Origin: an uncultured Candidatus Rokubacteria bacterium
Lineage (GTDB): Bacteria; Methylomirabilota; Methylomirabilia; Rokubacteriales; CSP1-6
DNA length: 64,000 nucleotides
Direction: 5' to 3'
Assembly (NCBI GenBank): GCA_963747235.1
Contig: CAVVEU010000020.1
Coordinates: 48,632 to 112,631 of the forward strand
The notes beneath the pieces were generated by a model. The model had not been told where the DNA came from, made no database searches, and saw nothing but the letters and a program-made list of their open reading frames with translations. This document shows, piece by piece, positions 12,599 through 24,789 of this stretch (positions within the stretch are counted from its first letter, which is position 1; each line of letters starts with the position of its first letter). Made by a program: the position numbers and the translations under genes.

Positions 12599-13272
12599 TA
12601 TCGGGACCCCTCCTCCGTATCCGCTCGCCTCGGACCTCGTATCCGCTCGGCTCGCCTTCGGCTCACCTCGCCCTGCCGTGGCTGCGGCTCGGCCTCCAGC
12701 TGCAGAATTCGCTGCACGTACTTGCCGATCATATCCATCTCGAGGTTCACGCGCTGCCCCTTCCTCAAGGCCCCCAGGGTGGTCGCGGCCAGCGTGTGCG
12801 GGATGATCATGATCTCGAAATCCCGCTCGTTGAGCCGCGCCACCGTGAGGCTGACGCCGTCCACCGCCACCGATCCCTGCGGGATCAGCAGCGGGGCCAG
12901 CGCCTCGTCCCGCCATTCTATCGTGAGCCGGGCGGTCTCTGCCTGTCGGGTCAGGGCCACCACGTGGCCCACGCCGTCCACGTGCCCCTGGACCAGGTGG
13001 CCGCCCACCAGGCCGCCCAGGCGCATGGGCCGCTCGAGGTTGACGGTGTCCCCGGCCGCGAGATCGCCCAGCGCGGTGCGCGCGAGCGTCTCCGGGCCCA
13101 TGTCGAATCGCAGGCGTCCCGGACCGCGCTCGACCACCGTGAGGCAGGCCCCGTTGATCGCCACGCTGGCGCCCAGGTCGCTGTCCTCGAGCACGCGGTC
13201 GGCGCTCACCACGAGGCGCGCGCCGTCGCGCTCGAGGACGCGTCCCGTCTCTTCGATCAGGCCTGTGAACAT
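12598..13272 (-). CDS. ribE: Riboflavin synthase alpha subunit
   Basis: 224 aa, [12 protein letters not shown]... with two lumazine-binding repeats. Confidence 0.85.
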
Positions 13273-13280
13273 GTTGTGTG

Positions 13281-13328
13281 GTGTGGTCAGCCGTTCGTGT
13301 GGTCAGCCGTTCGTGTGGTCAGCCGTTC
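13281..13328. repeat. Three perfect tandem copies of the 16-bp unit GTGTGGTCAGCCGTTC, ending ~8 bp before the ribE start codon
   Basis: Read directly in the sequence: gtgtggtcagccgttc x3. Located in the ribD–ribE intergenic region. Confidence 0.9.
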
Positions 13329-13352
13329 AAGTCTTCAAGCTCTGTCTAATGC

Positions 13353-13373
13353 GGGGGCCCAGAAATGGCCCCC
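13353..13373. other. GC hairpin (GGGGGCC – 7-nt loop – GGCCCCC) in the ribD–ribE intergenic region, without U-tract
   Basis: Perfect 7-bp inverted repeat read directly in the sequence. It could act as a processing or attenuation element. No FMN-riboswitch core (GGGUGAAAUUCC…) is visible anywhere in the 195-bp spacer. Confidence 0.5.
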
Positions 13374-13467
13374 GCACTCCCCCAGGTCCGCGGACGACCG
13401 GTGTGGAGCCGCGGACAATCGGCGAGTTCGTGTTCGCGGTTCCGCAGGGTGCGGATGCTCGTGGGAG

Positions 13468-14565
13468 TCAGTCATGGATGATGTCGGCTTCGAGCAGCCA
13501 GTCGGTGCCGACCGGGCGGGTGGTCATGTTGGTCAGGTGGAGCGCGGTGGGGAGGGTGAGGCCGGGGCCGCCGATCGGCGTGGGCGCTTCGGCGCCTCCC
13601 AGGAGCGTGGGGGCCACGAAGGCGGCGACGCGATCCACCAGGCCGGCCTGGACGAAGGCGCCGGTCAGCTCGCCGCCCGCTTCGAGGAGCACCGCGGTCA
13701 CGTCGAGGGCGAAGAGGCGCGCGGCGAGATCGGCCACGTCCACCCGGCCCTCCCGTGACTTGCACGCCAGCACGGTCACGCCCGCCGACTCGAGCGCGGC
13801 GAGCCGCTGCGGCGGCGCCGCCTCTCCGACCGCCACCAGGACGCGCGACCGGCTGCCGGTCTGGAGCAGCTTCGCGTCGAGCGGCAGGCGCGCGCGGCTG
13901 TCCACCACCACGCGGTACGGCTCCCGCGGCCACGGGTCGAGCAGGCGCACGGTCAGCGCGGGATCGTCGGCGAGCACGGTGCCGATGCCGGTCACGATCG
14001 CGTCGCTCTGGCTGCGGAGGCGATGGCCTTCCAGGCGCGCCGCCTCGCCGGTGATCCACTGCGAGTGGCGGTCGAAGGCCGCGATCTTCCCGTCGAGTGT
14101 CATGGCCCACTTGACGGTGACGTGGGGGCGCTGCCGCTCGACGGCGGTGAAGAACGTCCGGTTGAGCGCGCGTGCGTCCCGCTCGAGGCAGGGTGTCGTG
14201 ACCTCGATGCCCGCGGCGACGAGGGCGGCGGCTCCCCCGCCCTGCACCCGCGGGTTGGAATCCCGCGTGGCCGACACGACCCGCCGGATCCCGGCGCGCA
14301 TGATCGCCTCCACGCAGGGTGGCGTCCGCCCCACGTGGTTGCACGGCTCGAGCGTCACGTAGAGGGTGGCGCCCCGCGCCCGTGGGCCCGCCTCGGCCAG
14401 TGCGGCCGCCTCCGCGTGAGCCGCGCCCGCCCGCTCGTGGAAGCGCTCGGCCAGGAGGGTCCCATCCCGTACCACGATCGCGCCCACCATGGGGTTGGGT
14501 GACGTGAGGCCGCGCCCCCGCGCCGCCAGGGTGAGGGCCCGCGTCATCCACTCGAGATCGGTCAT
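13468..14565 (-). CDS. ribD: Bifunctional riboflavin biosynthesis deaminase/reductase
   Basis: 365 aa. CMP/dCMP deaminase zinc motif (HAEAAAL…PCNHVGRTPPC) plus RibD_C reductase domain. Confidence 0.9.
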   Translation of the reverse strand: MTDLEWMTRALTLAARGRGLTSPNPMVGAIVVRDGTLLAERFHERAGAAHAEAAALAEAGPRARGATLYVTLEPCNHVGRTPPCVEAIMRAGIRRVVSATRDSNPRVQGGGAAALVAAGIEVTTPCLERDARALNRTFFTAVERQRPHVTVKWAMTLDGKIAAFDRHSQWITGEAARLEGHRLRSQSDAIVTGIGTVLADDPALTVRLLDPWPREPYRVVVDSRARLPLDAKLLQTGSRSRVLVAVGEAAPPQRLAALESAGVTVLACKSREGRVDVADLAARLFALDVTAVLLEAGGELTGAFVQAGLVDRVAAFVAPTLLGGAEAPTPIGGPGLTLPTALHLTNMTTRPVGTDWLLEADIIHD

Positions 14566-14604
14566 GGCGTCGTCCGGGTGCCGCCTGCCACCCGGGCAGG
14601 CATT

Positions 14605-15564
14605 TTACCCCGCTTGCTGCGGCTCCGACTGCTCGACCTGCTGTTCACCAAGGACGGCGTCCACGAAGGTCTTCGGGTCGAAGACCTGGAGATCCTCGAT
14701 CTGCTCGCCGACCCCGACCAGCTTGATCGGCACCCCGAGCTCCTGGTGGATGCGGATCGCGATGCCGCCCTTGGCGGTGCCGTCGAGCTTGGTGAGCACG
14801 AGGCCGGTGAGCCCGACCGCCTCGTGGAACATGCGCGCCTGCTGGAGCCCGTTCTGGCCGGTGGGCGCTTCCAGCACCATCAGCGACTCGTGGGGGGCGC
14901 CGGGCATCTGGCGGCCCAACACGCGCTTGAGCTTGCCGAGCTCGTCCATGAGGTTGGACTTGGTGTGCAGGCGCCCGGCGGTGTCCACCAGCAGCACGTC
15001 CACGTCGCGCGAGGTGGCCGCCTTCACCGCGTCGAACACCACCGCGGCCGGGTCGGCGCCCGCGACCTGGTGGATGACGTCCACGTCGATCCGGCGGCCC
15101 CACTCCTGGAGCTGCTCGATCGCGGCGGCGCGGAACGTGTCGGCGGCGGCCATCAGCACGCGCTTGCCGTCGGCCTTGAGCGAGGCGGCCATCTTCGCGG
15201 TGCTGGTGGTCTTGCCCGCCCCGTTGACGCCCAGCATGAGGATGACGGTGGGATGCGCGTCCAGGATCAGCGGGGCGGCCGCGCCCGCGAGGGCCTCCTC
15301 GAGGAAGCGATGCAGCGACGCGCGCACGTCCTGGGTGGTCACCACGCGGCCCCGCTTGATCTCGTCCCGGACGCGCTTGACGAAGGCGCCCGCCGCGGCC
15401 GCGCCCAGGTCCGCCGCGATCAGGGTCTCCTCGAGCTCTTCCAGCATCGCCTCGTCGACCGGACGGGCGATGGCGAGGATGGCGCCCAGCCCCTCGTCCA
15501 TCAGCTCGCGGGTGCGCCGCAGTCCCTGCCGGACGCGCTCCCCGAGGGAGCCGAACAGGCTCAC
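14605..15564 (-). CDS. ftsY: Signal recognition particle receptor FtsY (short form, NG domain only)
   Basis: GTG start giving VSLFGSLGERVRQGL… The GTG overlaps the stop of the upstream rodZ-like gene (GTGA). Motifs GVNGAGKTT, DTAGR, TKLDG present. The 614-aa ORF in the track is an artificial read-through of the upstream gene. Confidence 0.85.
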   Translation of the reverse strand: MSLFGSLGERVRQGLRRTRELMDEGLGAILAIARPVDEAMLEELEETLIAADLGAAAAGAFVKRVRDEIKRGRVVTTQDVRASLHRFLEEALAGAAAPLILDAHPTVILMLGVNGAGKTTSTAKMAASLKADGKRVLMAAADTFRAAAIEQLQEWGRRIDVDVIHQVAGADPAAVVFDAVKAATSRDVDVLLVDTAGRLHTKSNLMDELGKLKRVLGRQMPGAPHESLMVLEAPTGQNGLQQARMFHEAVGLTGLVLTKLDGTAKGGIAIRIHQELGVPIKLVGVGEQIEDLQVFDPKTFVDAVLGEQQVEQSEPQQAG

Positions 15565-16449
15565 GAGCCGGAGGCCGGCGCCTGGGGGAGCTCGAGCCGC
15601 TGGATCACCGTCCCTTTCGGGCCGAGCGGCGGCAGGACCTTGCCGTTCAGGGCGACCTCGACCCCACCGGCATTCCCGATGGTCACGAGGAAGCGGCGCT
15701 CGGCCGACCACTCCCGGCTGGCACCGGCGGGCAGGAGCTCTTCGGTGGCGCGGCCCTCGTCGGGCTGCACCCGGATCCAGGTCGCGTCCACCGCCCGGAT
15801 CATGAGGCGCTGGGGGCCCGAGGCGCTCCGGGCCACGGCGGGCGCCGGGGGCGGAGCCGGAGCGGGCATGGCCGCGGGCGTGCTCGCCGGCGGGGTCGTC
15901 GCCGGCGGCGGAGCGGGTGCCGCGGCCGGCCGTGGCGTCTCGACCGGCGCGGGCGTCGGGGCCGCTATCTTGGGATGTCGGAGCGGAGGGAGCCGGAGTG
16001 GGCTCCGGCAGCGAGGCCGAGACGTCCATTTTCGGTGCAGCGACTGAAGTTCCGCCCGTCCGCCTGACAGTCAGGTTGATCACGATCAGCGCGATGCCCA
16101 GGATCACCAGCAGGGCCAGGCCGACCAGGACGGAGCTGGGGGCCCACGTGGTCCGGGGGCGCGGCGGCGCGCTGGCCGCCTGGGCGGCCGCTCGCTCCCC
16201 CGCCAGGGCTTCGTAGTGGGCGAGCGCCTCGTCCGGGGCCTCCCGCAGGAAGCCGCAGTAGGCCCGGATGAAGCCGCGCACGAAGACCGGCGACGGCAGA
16301 TCGGCCAGGCGCTCTTCCTCGAGGGCTTCCAGGTGGCGGATCCCCACCCGGGTGGAGCGCGCCATGTCCTCCAGCGAGCTGCCCTTGGCCTCGCGGAGCG
16401 CGCGGAGGTGACCGCCGAGCGAGGTCGCCGAGTTTTCCGCGGGCGTCAT
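15561..16449 (-). pseudogene. rodZ: RodZ-like cytoskeleton protein (XRE HTH – TM – P/A/T-rich linker – DUF4115) with a +1 frame change at ~15960–15975
   Basis: Frame A encodes HTH (…SLEDMARSTRVGIRHLEALEEE…), the TM helix and the start of the linker. Frame B encodes the rest of the linker (APTPAPVETPRPAAAPAPPP…) and DUF4115 (…IRAVDATWIRVQ…GNAGGVEVALNGK…). Could be an indel error rather than a true pseudogene. Confidence 0.7.
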
Positions 16450-16469
16450 GCCCAGTAGTGTAGCGCGGG

Positions 16470-19400
16470 TTACGCTTCGGTCAGCTTTACTGAGACGAGG
16501 CGGGAGAGGCCCGGCTCCTCCATGGTCACGCCATAGAGCACGTCGGCGGCCTCCATCGTCTTGCGGTTGTGCGTGATCACCACGAACTGGGTCTGGGTGC
16601 AGAGCTCGCGCAGCACCCGGAGGAACCGGTGGATGTTCGCGTCGTCGAGCGGCGCGTCCACCTCGTCGAGCACGCAGAACGGGCTCGGGCGGTGGTAGAA
16701 GATCGCGAAGAGCAGGGCCAGGCCGGTGAGGGCCTTCTCGCCCCCGGACATCAGCGTGACGGCCTGCAGGCGCTTGCCCCGGGGCTGGGCCATGAGCTCC
16801 ACGCCGAGCTCCAGCGGGTCTTCCTCGCCCTCCTCGGGCGGCACCATGCGCAGCTCGGCGCGCCCGCCCTCGAAGAGCCGGGAGAAGATGTCGCTGAAGT
16901 GCCGGCTGATGTCGTCGAAGGCTTCCTGGAACCGCTCCTGGGCGGTGCGGGTCATCCCGCGCAGGGCCTTCTCGAGATCCTTGATGGACCCGACCACGTC
17001 GTCGTGCTGGGTGCGGAGGAAGTCCAGGCGCTCGGTCAGCTCGCGGAATTCCTCGTCCGCCACCAGGTTGACCGGGCCCATGGCCTCGAGCTTGCCGGTC
17101 AGCTCCTCGTGCCGCTGCCGGACCTCCTCGAGGTCGCGCGCCACGTCGTGGGCGGCCAGCAGCGCCTCCACGGTCTCGATGGCGTGGCGCCGCCGCGCTT
17201 CCTGCACCAGCTCCTCGCGACGCACGCGGCCTTCCGTCTCGGTCAGGTCGAGCTGATGGAGCCGGCTGACGAGGCCGTTCAGATGCTGCTGCACCTCGCG
17301 CAGGTCGGTCTCGATCGCCTGGCGCTCGTCGAGCTGACGCTGGTGCTCCTCCGCGATGACCGCGACCTCGGCCTCGAGCCGGTCGCGCTCGGCCACCGCG
17401 TCCCGGGCCTGCGCGTCCGTGCGCTCGCGCTCCGTGGCCAGGTCCCCGCGGCGCTCGGCGGTCTGCGCTCGGCGCGCCACCGACTGCTGTTGCTGGAGGC
17501 CGAAGTCCTGCTCGAGCCCGAGGATGCGCTCGATGTCGCGCCCCAGGGCCTCCACCCGCTCGGCCACCGTGGCCAGGTCGACGCGGCAGACCGTGAGCCG
17601 CTCGGTGAGCCCGGCCTCGTCACCCTGCCCGCTCTCGAGAAGGGCCTGGAGCGCGGTCAGGTCCCCGCCGAGGCGGGCCTCCTGCTCCGAGGCGGCCACC
17701 AGCGCACTCTCCAGCTCGACGAGCTGGCTCGCGGTTTCCTCGCCCTCGCCCGCGAGCTGTAGGCTCTCGGCGGTCAGCGTCTCCAGGTGGCGCGTGACCC
17801 GGTCCGCCTCGCGCAGCACGGACTCGAGGTCCTTCGCGCCCGAGACGCGCGCGGTCTCCTGCGCCTGGTAGTTGGACTGGAGTCCTTCCAGCCGGGCCCG
17901 CAGGCCGGTGACCTCGCCCTCGATCGCCTCCGCCCGCGCCCCGGCCGCGGCCACCTCACGCTCGAGGCCCGCGATCTCCTCACCGAGCTGGCGGATGGCC
18001 CGCTTGCGCCCGAGGAGGGAGTGATCGTTACTCTGCCGCTCGCTGTCGCGATGGCCGCCGGTGAGCCGCCCGATCGGCGACAGCACCTCGCCCGAGCGCG
18101 TGACGTAGGTGGCGAGCACCCCGTTCCGCCGCCAGAGTGTCTCGGCCTGGTCGAGATGGGAGACGATGCCCACGCGGCCGAGCAGGTAGTGCAGCAGGGC
18201 CGGGCGGGGGCCGCCCACCAGGCGCGCCGCCCAGCTCACCTCCCCCGAGTCATCGGGCAGCGCCGCCGCGGCCGGCAGCGTCTCGAGCGGCAGCAGGGTC
18301 GCCGCGCCCGCGCCCTCGCGCTCCAGGTATCCGAGCGCGGCGCGCGCGTGCTCGAAGCGCTCCACCACGACCCATTGCAGGCGATCGCCGAGCACGGCTT
18401 CCACCGCCGCCTCGAGGCCGTTCGGGACTTCCAGGAGGTCGGCCACGGTGCCGACCACGCCGCCCAGGTCGCCGGCGCCGGGGCGCGCGAACATCGCCCG
18501 CACGCCCGCGCCGTAGCCCTCGCGCTCCCGCTCCAGGCGCTCGAGCGCTTCGAGCGCCGACTGCCGCGCGGCCAGCTTCACGCGCAGGCCGGCGGCCGTC
18601 TCCTGCGCCTCGGCGCGCGCGGCCTCGCGATCCCGTCGCGCCGCCTCGATCTCCTGCAGCTCCGTGCTCAGCAGCGAGAGCTGGGCGCCGGCGCGCTGGC
18701 TCGCAGCCTCGAGCCGCAGCCGCGTGGTGGCGAGCGTGCCGGCCTCCGCGCGGGCGGCCGCCAGCTCCATGGCGAGGCGCTCGGCGCGGCGATCCACCTG
18801 GGCCCGCCGCTCGCGGAGCTCGCCACCCGAGCGCGTGAGCTCGGCCCGGGCGCCCGCGACCCGGATCTGCTCCAGCCGCAGGGCCTCGAAGCGCTCGCGG
18901 CGCTCGCTGAGCGCGCTCCGGCAGGCCTCGATCTGCGCCTCCACCTGCCGCACCTCGCCGTCCTGCTCGATGTGGCGCCGGCGGGCCTCCTCGAGGCCGC
19001 GGTCCTTGTCCTGGCGCTCGGTGGCCAGGGCGATCCGCCGCTCGGCCAGGCCGCGGATCTCCTCCTCGAGGCGCCGCTCCTCCGCGACCAGGTCCTGGAT
19101 CTGGAGGCCCATCTGCTCGCGCCGCTCCAGGAGGCGCTCGGCTTCGCCCTGGATCTTCTGCACGGACTGGCGCAGGTCGCCCAGCCGGTACTCGGTGTCC
19201 TGGATGGCGGCGGCCTGCAGGGCCTGGCGGCCGGTCAGGGTGGCGATCCGGGCGCGCTGCTGCTCCTCGGCCTCGCGCAGCGACTCCATCTCGCGCGTGA
19301 CCGCCTCGTGCTGCGCGGCGCGCGCCGCGTAGTCCGCCGCGAGGAGGGCCAGGTCGAGCCCCTGCCGCTCGGCCTGGAGCACCTTGTACTGCTGCGCCTT

Positions 19401-20027
19401 CCGCGCCTGGCGCTCGATCGAGGAGAGCTGGCGGCGCACCTCCTCCATGACGTCTCGGAGGCGCTGGAGGTTCAGACGGGTCGCGTCGAGCTTGCCCTGG
19501 GTCTCGGAGCGCTGCTGCTTGTAGCGCGCGATGCCCGCCGCTTCCTCGATGAACATGCGACGCTCCCACGGCTTGGCGGTCAGCACGTGGTTGAGCCGCT
19601 CCTGGTCCATGAGGGCGTAGGCCTTCGGGTTCACCCCGGTGCCCGCGAAGAGGTCCTGGATGTCGCGCAGCCGGCACACGTTGGTGTTGAGCAGGTACTC
19701 GCTCTCGCCGGTGCGGTAGAGGCGGCGGGCCACCGCCACCTCGCTCCACGGCACGTTGAGGCCCCCGTCGTTGTTGAAGACGAGGTTGACCTCGGCCATC
19801 CCGACCATCTTCCGGGACGACGAGCCGTGGAAGATGACGTCTTCCATCTTGGCCCCGCGGAGCGTCTTGGGGCTCTGCTCGCCGAGGGCCCAGCGGATCG
19901 CGTCGGCCACGTTGGACTTGCCGCAGCCGTTCGGGCCGACGATGCAGGTGACGCCGGGGAAGACCTTCACGTCGGTCTTCTCCGCGAACGACTTGAAGCC
20001 GTGGATCAGGATCGATTCGAGTCGCAT
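16470..20027 (-). CDS. smc: Chromosome partition protein Smc
   Basis: ~1185 aa with N-terminal Walker A (MRLESILIHGFKSF…GPNGCGKSN), long coiled coils, hinge and C-terminal signature/Walker B. Confidence 0.9.
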   Translation of the reverse strand: MRLESILIHGFKSFAEKTDVKVFPGVTCIVGPNGCGKSNVADAIRWALGEQSPKTLRGAKMEDVIFHGSSSRKMVGMAEVNLVFNNDGGLNVPWSEVAVARRLYRTGESEYLLNTNVCRLRDIQDLFAGTGVNPKAYALMDQERLNHVLTAKPWERRMFIEEAAGIARYKQQRSETQGKLDATRLNLQRLRDVMEEVRRQLSSIERQARKAQQYKVLQAERQGLDLALLAADYAARAAQHEAVTREMESLREAEEQQRARIATLTGRQALQAAAIQDTEYRLGDLRQSVQKIQGEAERLLERREQMGLQIQDLVAEERRLEEEIRGLAERRIALATERQDKDRGLEEARRRHIEQDGEVRQVEAQIEACRSALSERRERFEALRLEQIRVAGARAELTRSGGELRERRAQVDRRAERLAMELAAARAEAGTLATTRLRLEAASQRAGAQLSLLSTELQEIEAARRDREAARAEAQETAAGLRVKLAARQSALEALERLEREREGYGAGVRAMFARPGAGDLGGVVGTVADLLEVPNGLEAAVEAVLGDRLQWVVVERFEHARAALGYLEREGAGAATLLPLETLPAAAALPDDSGEVSWAARLVGGPRPALLHYLLGRVGIVSHLDQAETLWRRNGVLATYVTRSGEVLSPIGRLTGGHRDSERQSNDHSLLGRKRAIRQLGEEIAGLEREVAAAGARAEAIEGEVTGLRARLEGLQSNYQAQETARVSGAKDLESVLREADRVTRHLETLTAESLQLAGEGEETASQLVELESALVAASEQEARLGGDLTALQALLESGQGDEAGLTERLTVCRVDLATVAERVEALGRDIERILGLEQDFGLQQQQSVARRAQTAERRGDLATERERTDAQARDAVAERDRLEAEVAVIAEEHQRQLDERQAIETDLREVQQHLNGLVSRLHQLDLTETEGRVRREELVQEARRRHAIETVEALLAAHDVARDLEEVRQRHEELTGKLEAMGPVNLVADEEFRELTERLDFLRTQHDDVVGSIKDLEKALRGMTRTAQERFQEAFDDISRHFSDIFSRLFEGGRAELRMVPPEEGEEDPLELGVELMAQPRGKRLQAVTLMSGGEKALTGLALLFAIFYHRPSPFCVLDEVDAPLDDANIHRFLRVLRELCTQTQFVVITHNRKTMEAADVLYGVTMEEPGLSRLVSVKLTEA

Positions 20028-20087
20028 GTCGTCACGCCCGCGAGGGCGTGAATTCACTAATAACATGTGGTGGACGGATCAACCAAG

Positions 20088-20114
20088 AAAAAACCCCACC
20101 AGCGGGGGGCGGGG
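20088..20114 (-). terminator. Intrinsic terminator downstream of secA
   Basis: Minus-strand RNA reads CCCCGCC-CCCCGCU-GGUGGGG followed by UUUUUU: a 7-bp GC stem, 7-nt loop and U6 tract. Confidence 0.65.
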
Positions 20115-20156
20115 ACGCGCTGCGGCACTAGATGTGGGCCGCGGCTCTGGCGGGGC

Positions 20157-23017
<2,861 letters not shown>

Positions 23018-23026
23018 GTCCGGGCC

Positions 23027-24742
23027 TCATCTTACACCACCCGCCGAGCCCCGCAGGAGCTCCCGGGCGTGACGGCGCGACGTTTCGGTGACCCGCTCGC
23101 CGCCCAGCATGCGCGCGACCTCGTCCACGCGGGCGGCGTCCCGGAGTGGGGTCACGGACGTGCGCGTGGCGCCGCGGGCGACCCGCTTCTCGACCAGTAG
23201 ATGGTGCCCCGCGTAGGCCGCGATCGGGGCCAGGTGCGTCACGCAGAGCACCTGGCGGCCCGCCGCCGAGGCGCGGAGCTTCTGGCCGACGACGTCGGCC
23301 ACGCGGCCGCCGATGCCCGCGTCGACCTCGTCGAAGACCAGCACCGGCACGTCGTCCGCCGCGGCGAGGACCGTCTTGGCGGCCAGCATCACGCGCGAGA
23401 GCTCGCCGCCCGAGACGACCTTGGCGAGCGGCCGCAGGTCCTCGCCCGGGTTGGCCGAGAGCAGCAGCTCCGCGGTCTCGGCCCCGCGCGGCCCCACCCG
23501 CCAGCCCCCTTCGGCCGATGCGAGCTCGTCCGCCGCGGCTGCCTCGCGCCGCAGGGCCACGCGGAAGCGCCCGTGCTCCATGCCGAGCCCGCGGATCTCC
23601 TTCTGGATGAGGCGCTCGAGCTTCTCCGCGCCACGGGTGCGGGCCTCCGAGAGGGCGGCGGCCTCCGCGCCCGCGGCGGCCGCCGCCTCGGCCACCGCGC
23701 GGTCCATGTCCTCCGCGATCGCGTCGTGGCGCGTGATCCGATCCAGCGCCTCCGCCACCTCGTGCCGGTGGGCCAGGATGGCGGCCACCGAATCGCCGTA
23801 CTTCCGCTTGAGCTTGACGATCGCGTCGAGCCGCGCGTCGATCTGCTCGAGCCGCTCGGGATCGAAGACCGCGCGGTCCCGGAGGGCGCGCGCCCGGCCG
23901 ACCACGTCCTCGACATAGGCCTGGGCGCCCTCGATCGCCTCGATGGGCGCAGCCGCTTCCGGCTCGTGGCGCGAGACGTCGCGCAGCAGCGCAGCCGCGC
24001 GCGCCAGCCGGGCCGCGGCCGACTGCGGGTCTTCGTAGAGCAGGCCGAGCGCCTCCTGCAATCCCGCCGCGATCCGCTCGGCGTGCTGGAGCCGCCCGCG
24101 CTCGGCCCGGAGCTCGTCCTCCTCCCCGTCCTTGAGCTGCAGCCCGTCGATCTCGGAGAGCTGGAAGCGGTAGAGGTCTTCCTGGCGGGCGCCCTCGCGC
24201 ATTTCTTCGCGCAGGCGTAGCAGCGCCGCGCGCGCCTCTTCCCACCGCCGTACCAGCGCGCCCAGCCGCTCGCGGCGCTCGTCCGCCCCCGCGAAGCGAT
24301 CCAGCAGCAGGAGCTGCCGCGCGGGTTCCAGCAGACGCTGGTGCTCGTGCTGGCCGTGAAGCTCCACCAGGAGCTCGCCCAGGCGCTCGAGCAGGCCCAC
24401 GGTGGCGGGCGCGTCGTTCACGAAGGCGCGGTGTCGGCCGGTGCGCGCCAGCTCGCGCTTGATGACGAGCTCACCCTCGCCCGGGCGATGCCCGGCCTCG
24501 TCGAGTAGCGCGGCCACCGGGCCGCTGGGATCGATCTCGAAGACCGCGGAGACCATCGCGGTGTCGGCCCCGGTGCGGATCCAGTCGAGCTGGGCGCGGG
24601 CGCCGGTGAGGAGCAGGAGCGCGTCCACCACGATGGACTTGCCGGCGCCGGTCTCGCCGGTGAGTACGTTGAGGCCGGCGGCGAACGGCACCACCGCCTC
24701 TTCGACCACCGCGAGATTGCGAATCGACAGCTCGCGCAGCAT
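23027..24742 (-). CDS. recN: DNA repair protein RecN
   Basis: 571 aa. N-terminal Walker A (GETGAGKS), coiled-coil, C-terminal signature (LSGGELSR) and Walker B (VLVFDEVDAG). Confidence 0.9.
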   Translation of the reverse strand: MLRELSIRNLAVVEEAVVPFAAGLNVLTGETGAGKSIVVDALLLLTGARAQLDWIRTGADTAMVSAVFEIDPSGPVAALLDEAGHRPGEGELVIKRELARTGRHRAFVNDAPATVGLLERLGELLVELHGQHEHQRLLEPARQLLLLDRFAGADERRERLGALVRRWEEARAALLRLREEMREGARQEDLYRFQLSEIDGLQLKDGEEDELRAERGRLQHAERIAAGLQEALGLLYEDPQSAAARLARAAALLRDVSRHEPEAAAPIEAIEGAQAYVEDVVGRARALRDRAVFDPERLEQIDARLDAIVKLKRKYGDSVAAILAHRHEVAEALDRITRHDAIAEDMDRAVAEAAAAAGAEAAALSEARTRGAEKLERLIQKEIRGLGMEHGRFRVALRREAAAADELASAEGGWRVGPRGAETAELLLSANPGEDLRPLAKVVSGGELSRVMLAAKTVLAAADDVPVLVFDEVDAGIGGRVADVVGQKLRASAAGRQVLCVTHLAPIAAYAGHHLLVEKRVARGATRTSVTPLRDAARVDEVARMLGGERVTETSRRHARELLRGSAGGVR

Positions 24743-24789
24743 CGTTGCGGCCATGCTACGGCCAACGCCGCGGGGCGCTCAACTGTATC

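Noticed and set aside
13273-13467. FMN riboswitch (RFN element) in the ribD–ribE spacer
   Set aside because: No GGGUGAAAUUCC/ACCGGCGGUA-type conserved core in either orientation. Only a simple GC hairpin and 16-bp tandem repeats are present.
14605-16449. 614-aa ORF called as one FtsY-like protein
   Set aside because: It is the rodZ-like N-terminus (frame A) read through out-of-frame sequence into ftsY. The RodZ linker and C-terminus continue in the +1 frame to a TGA at 15561, and FtsY starts at GTG 15564.
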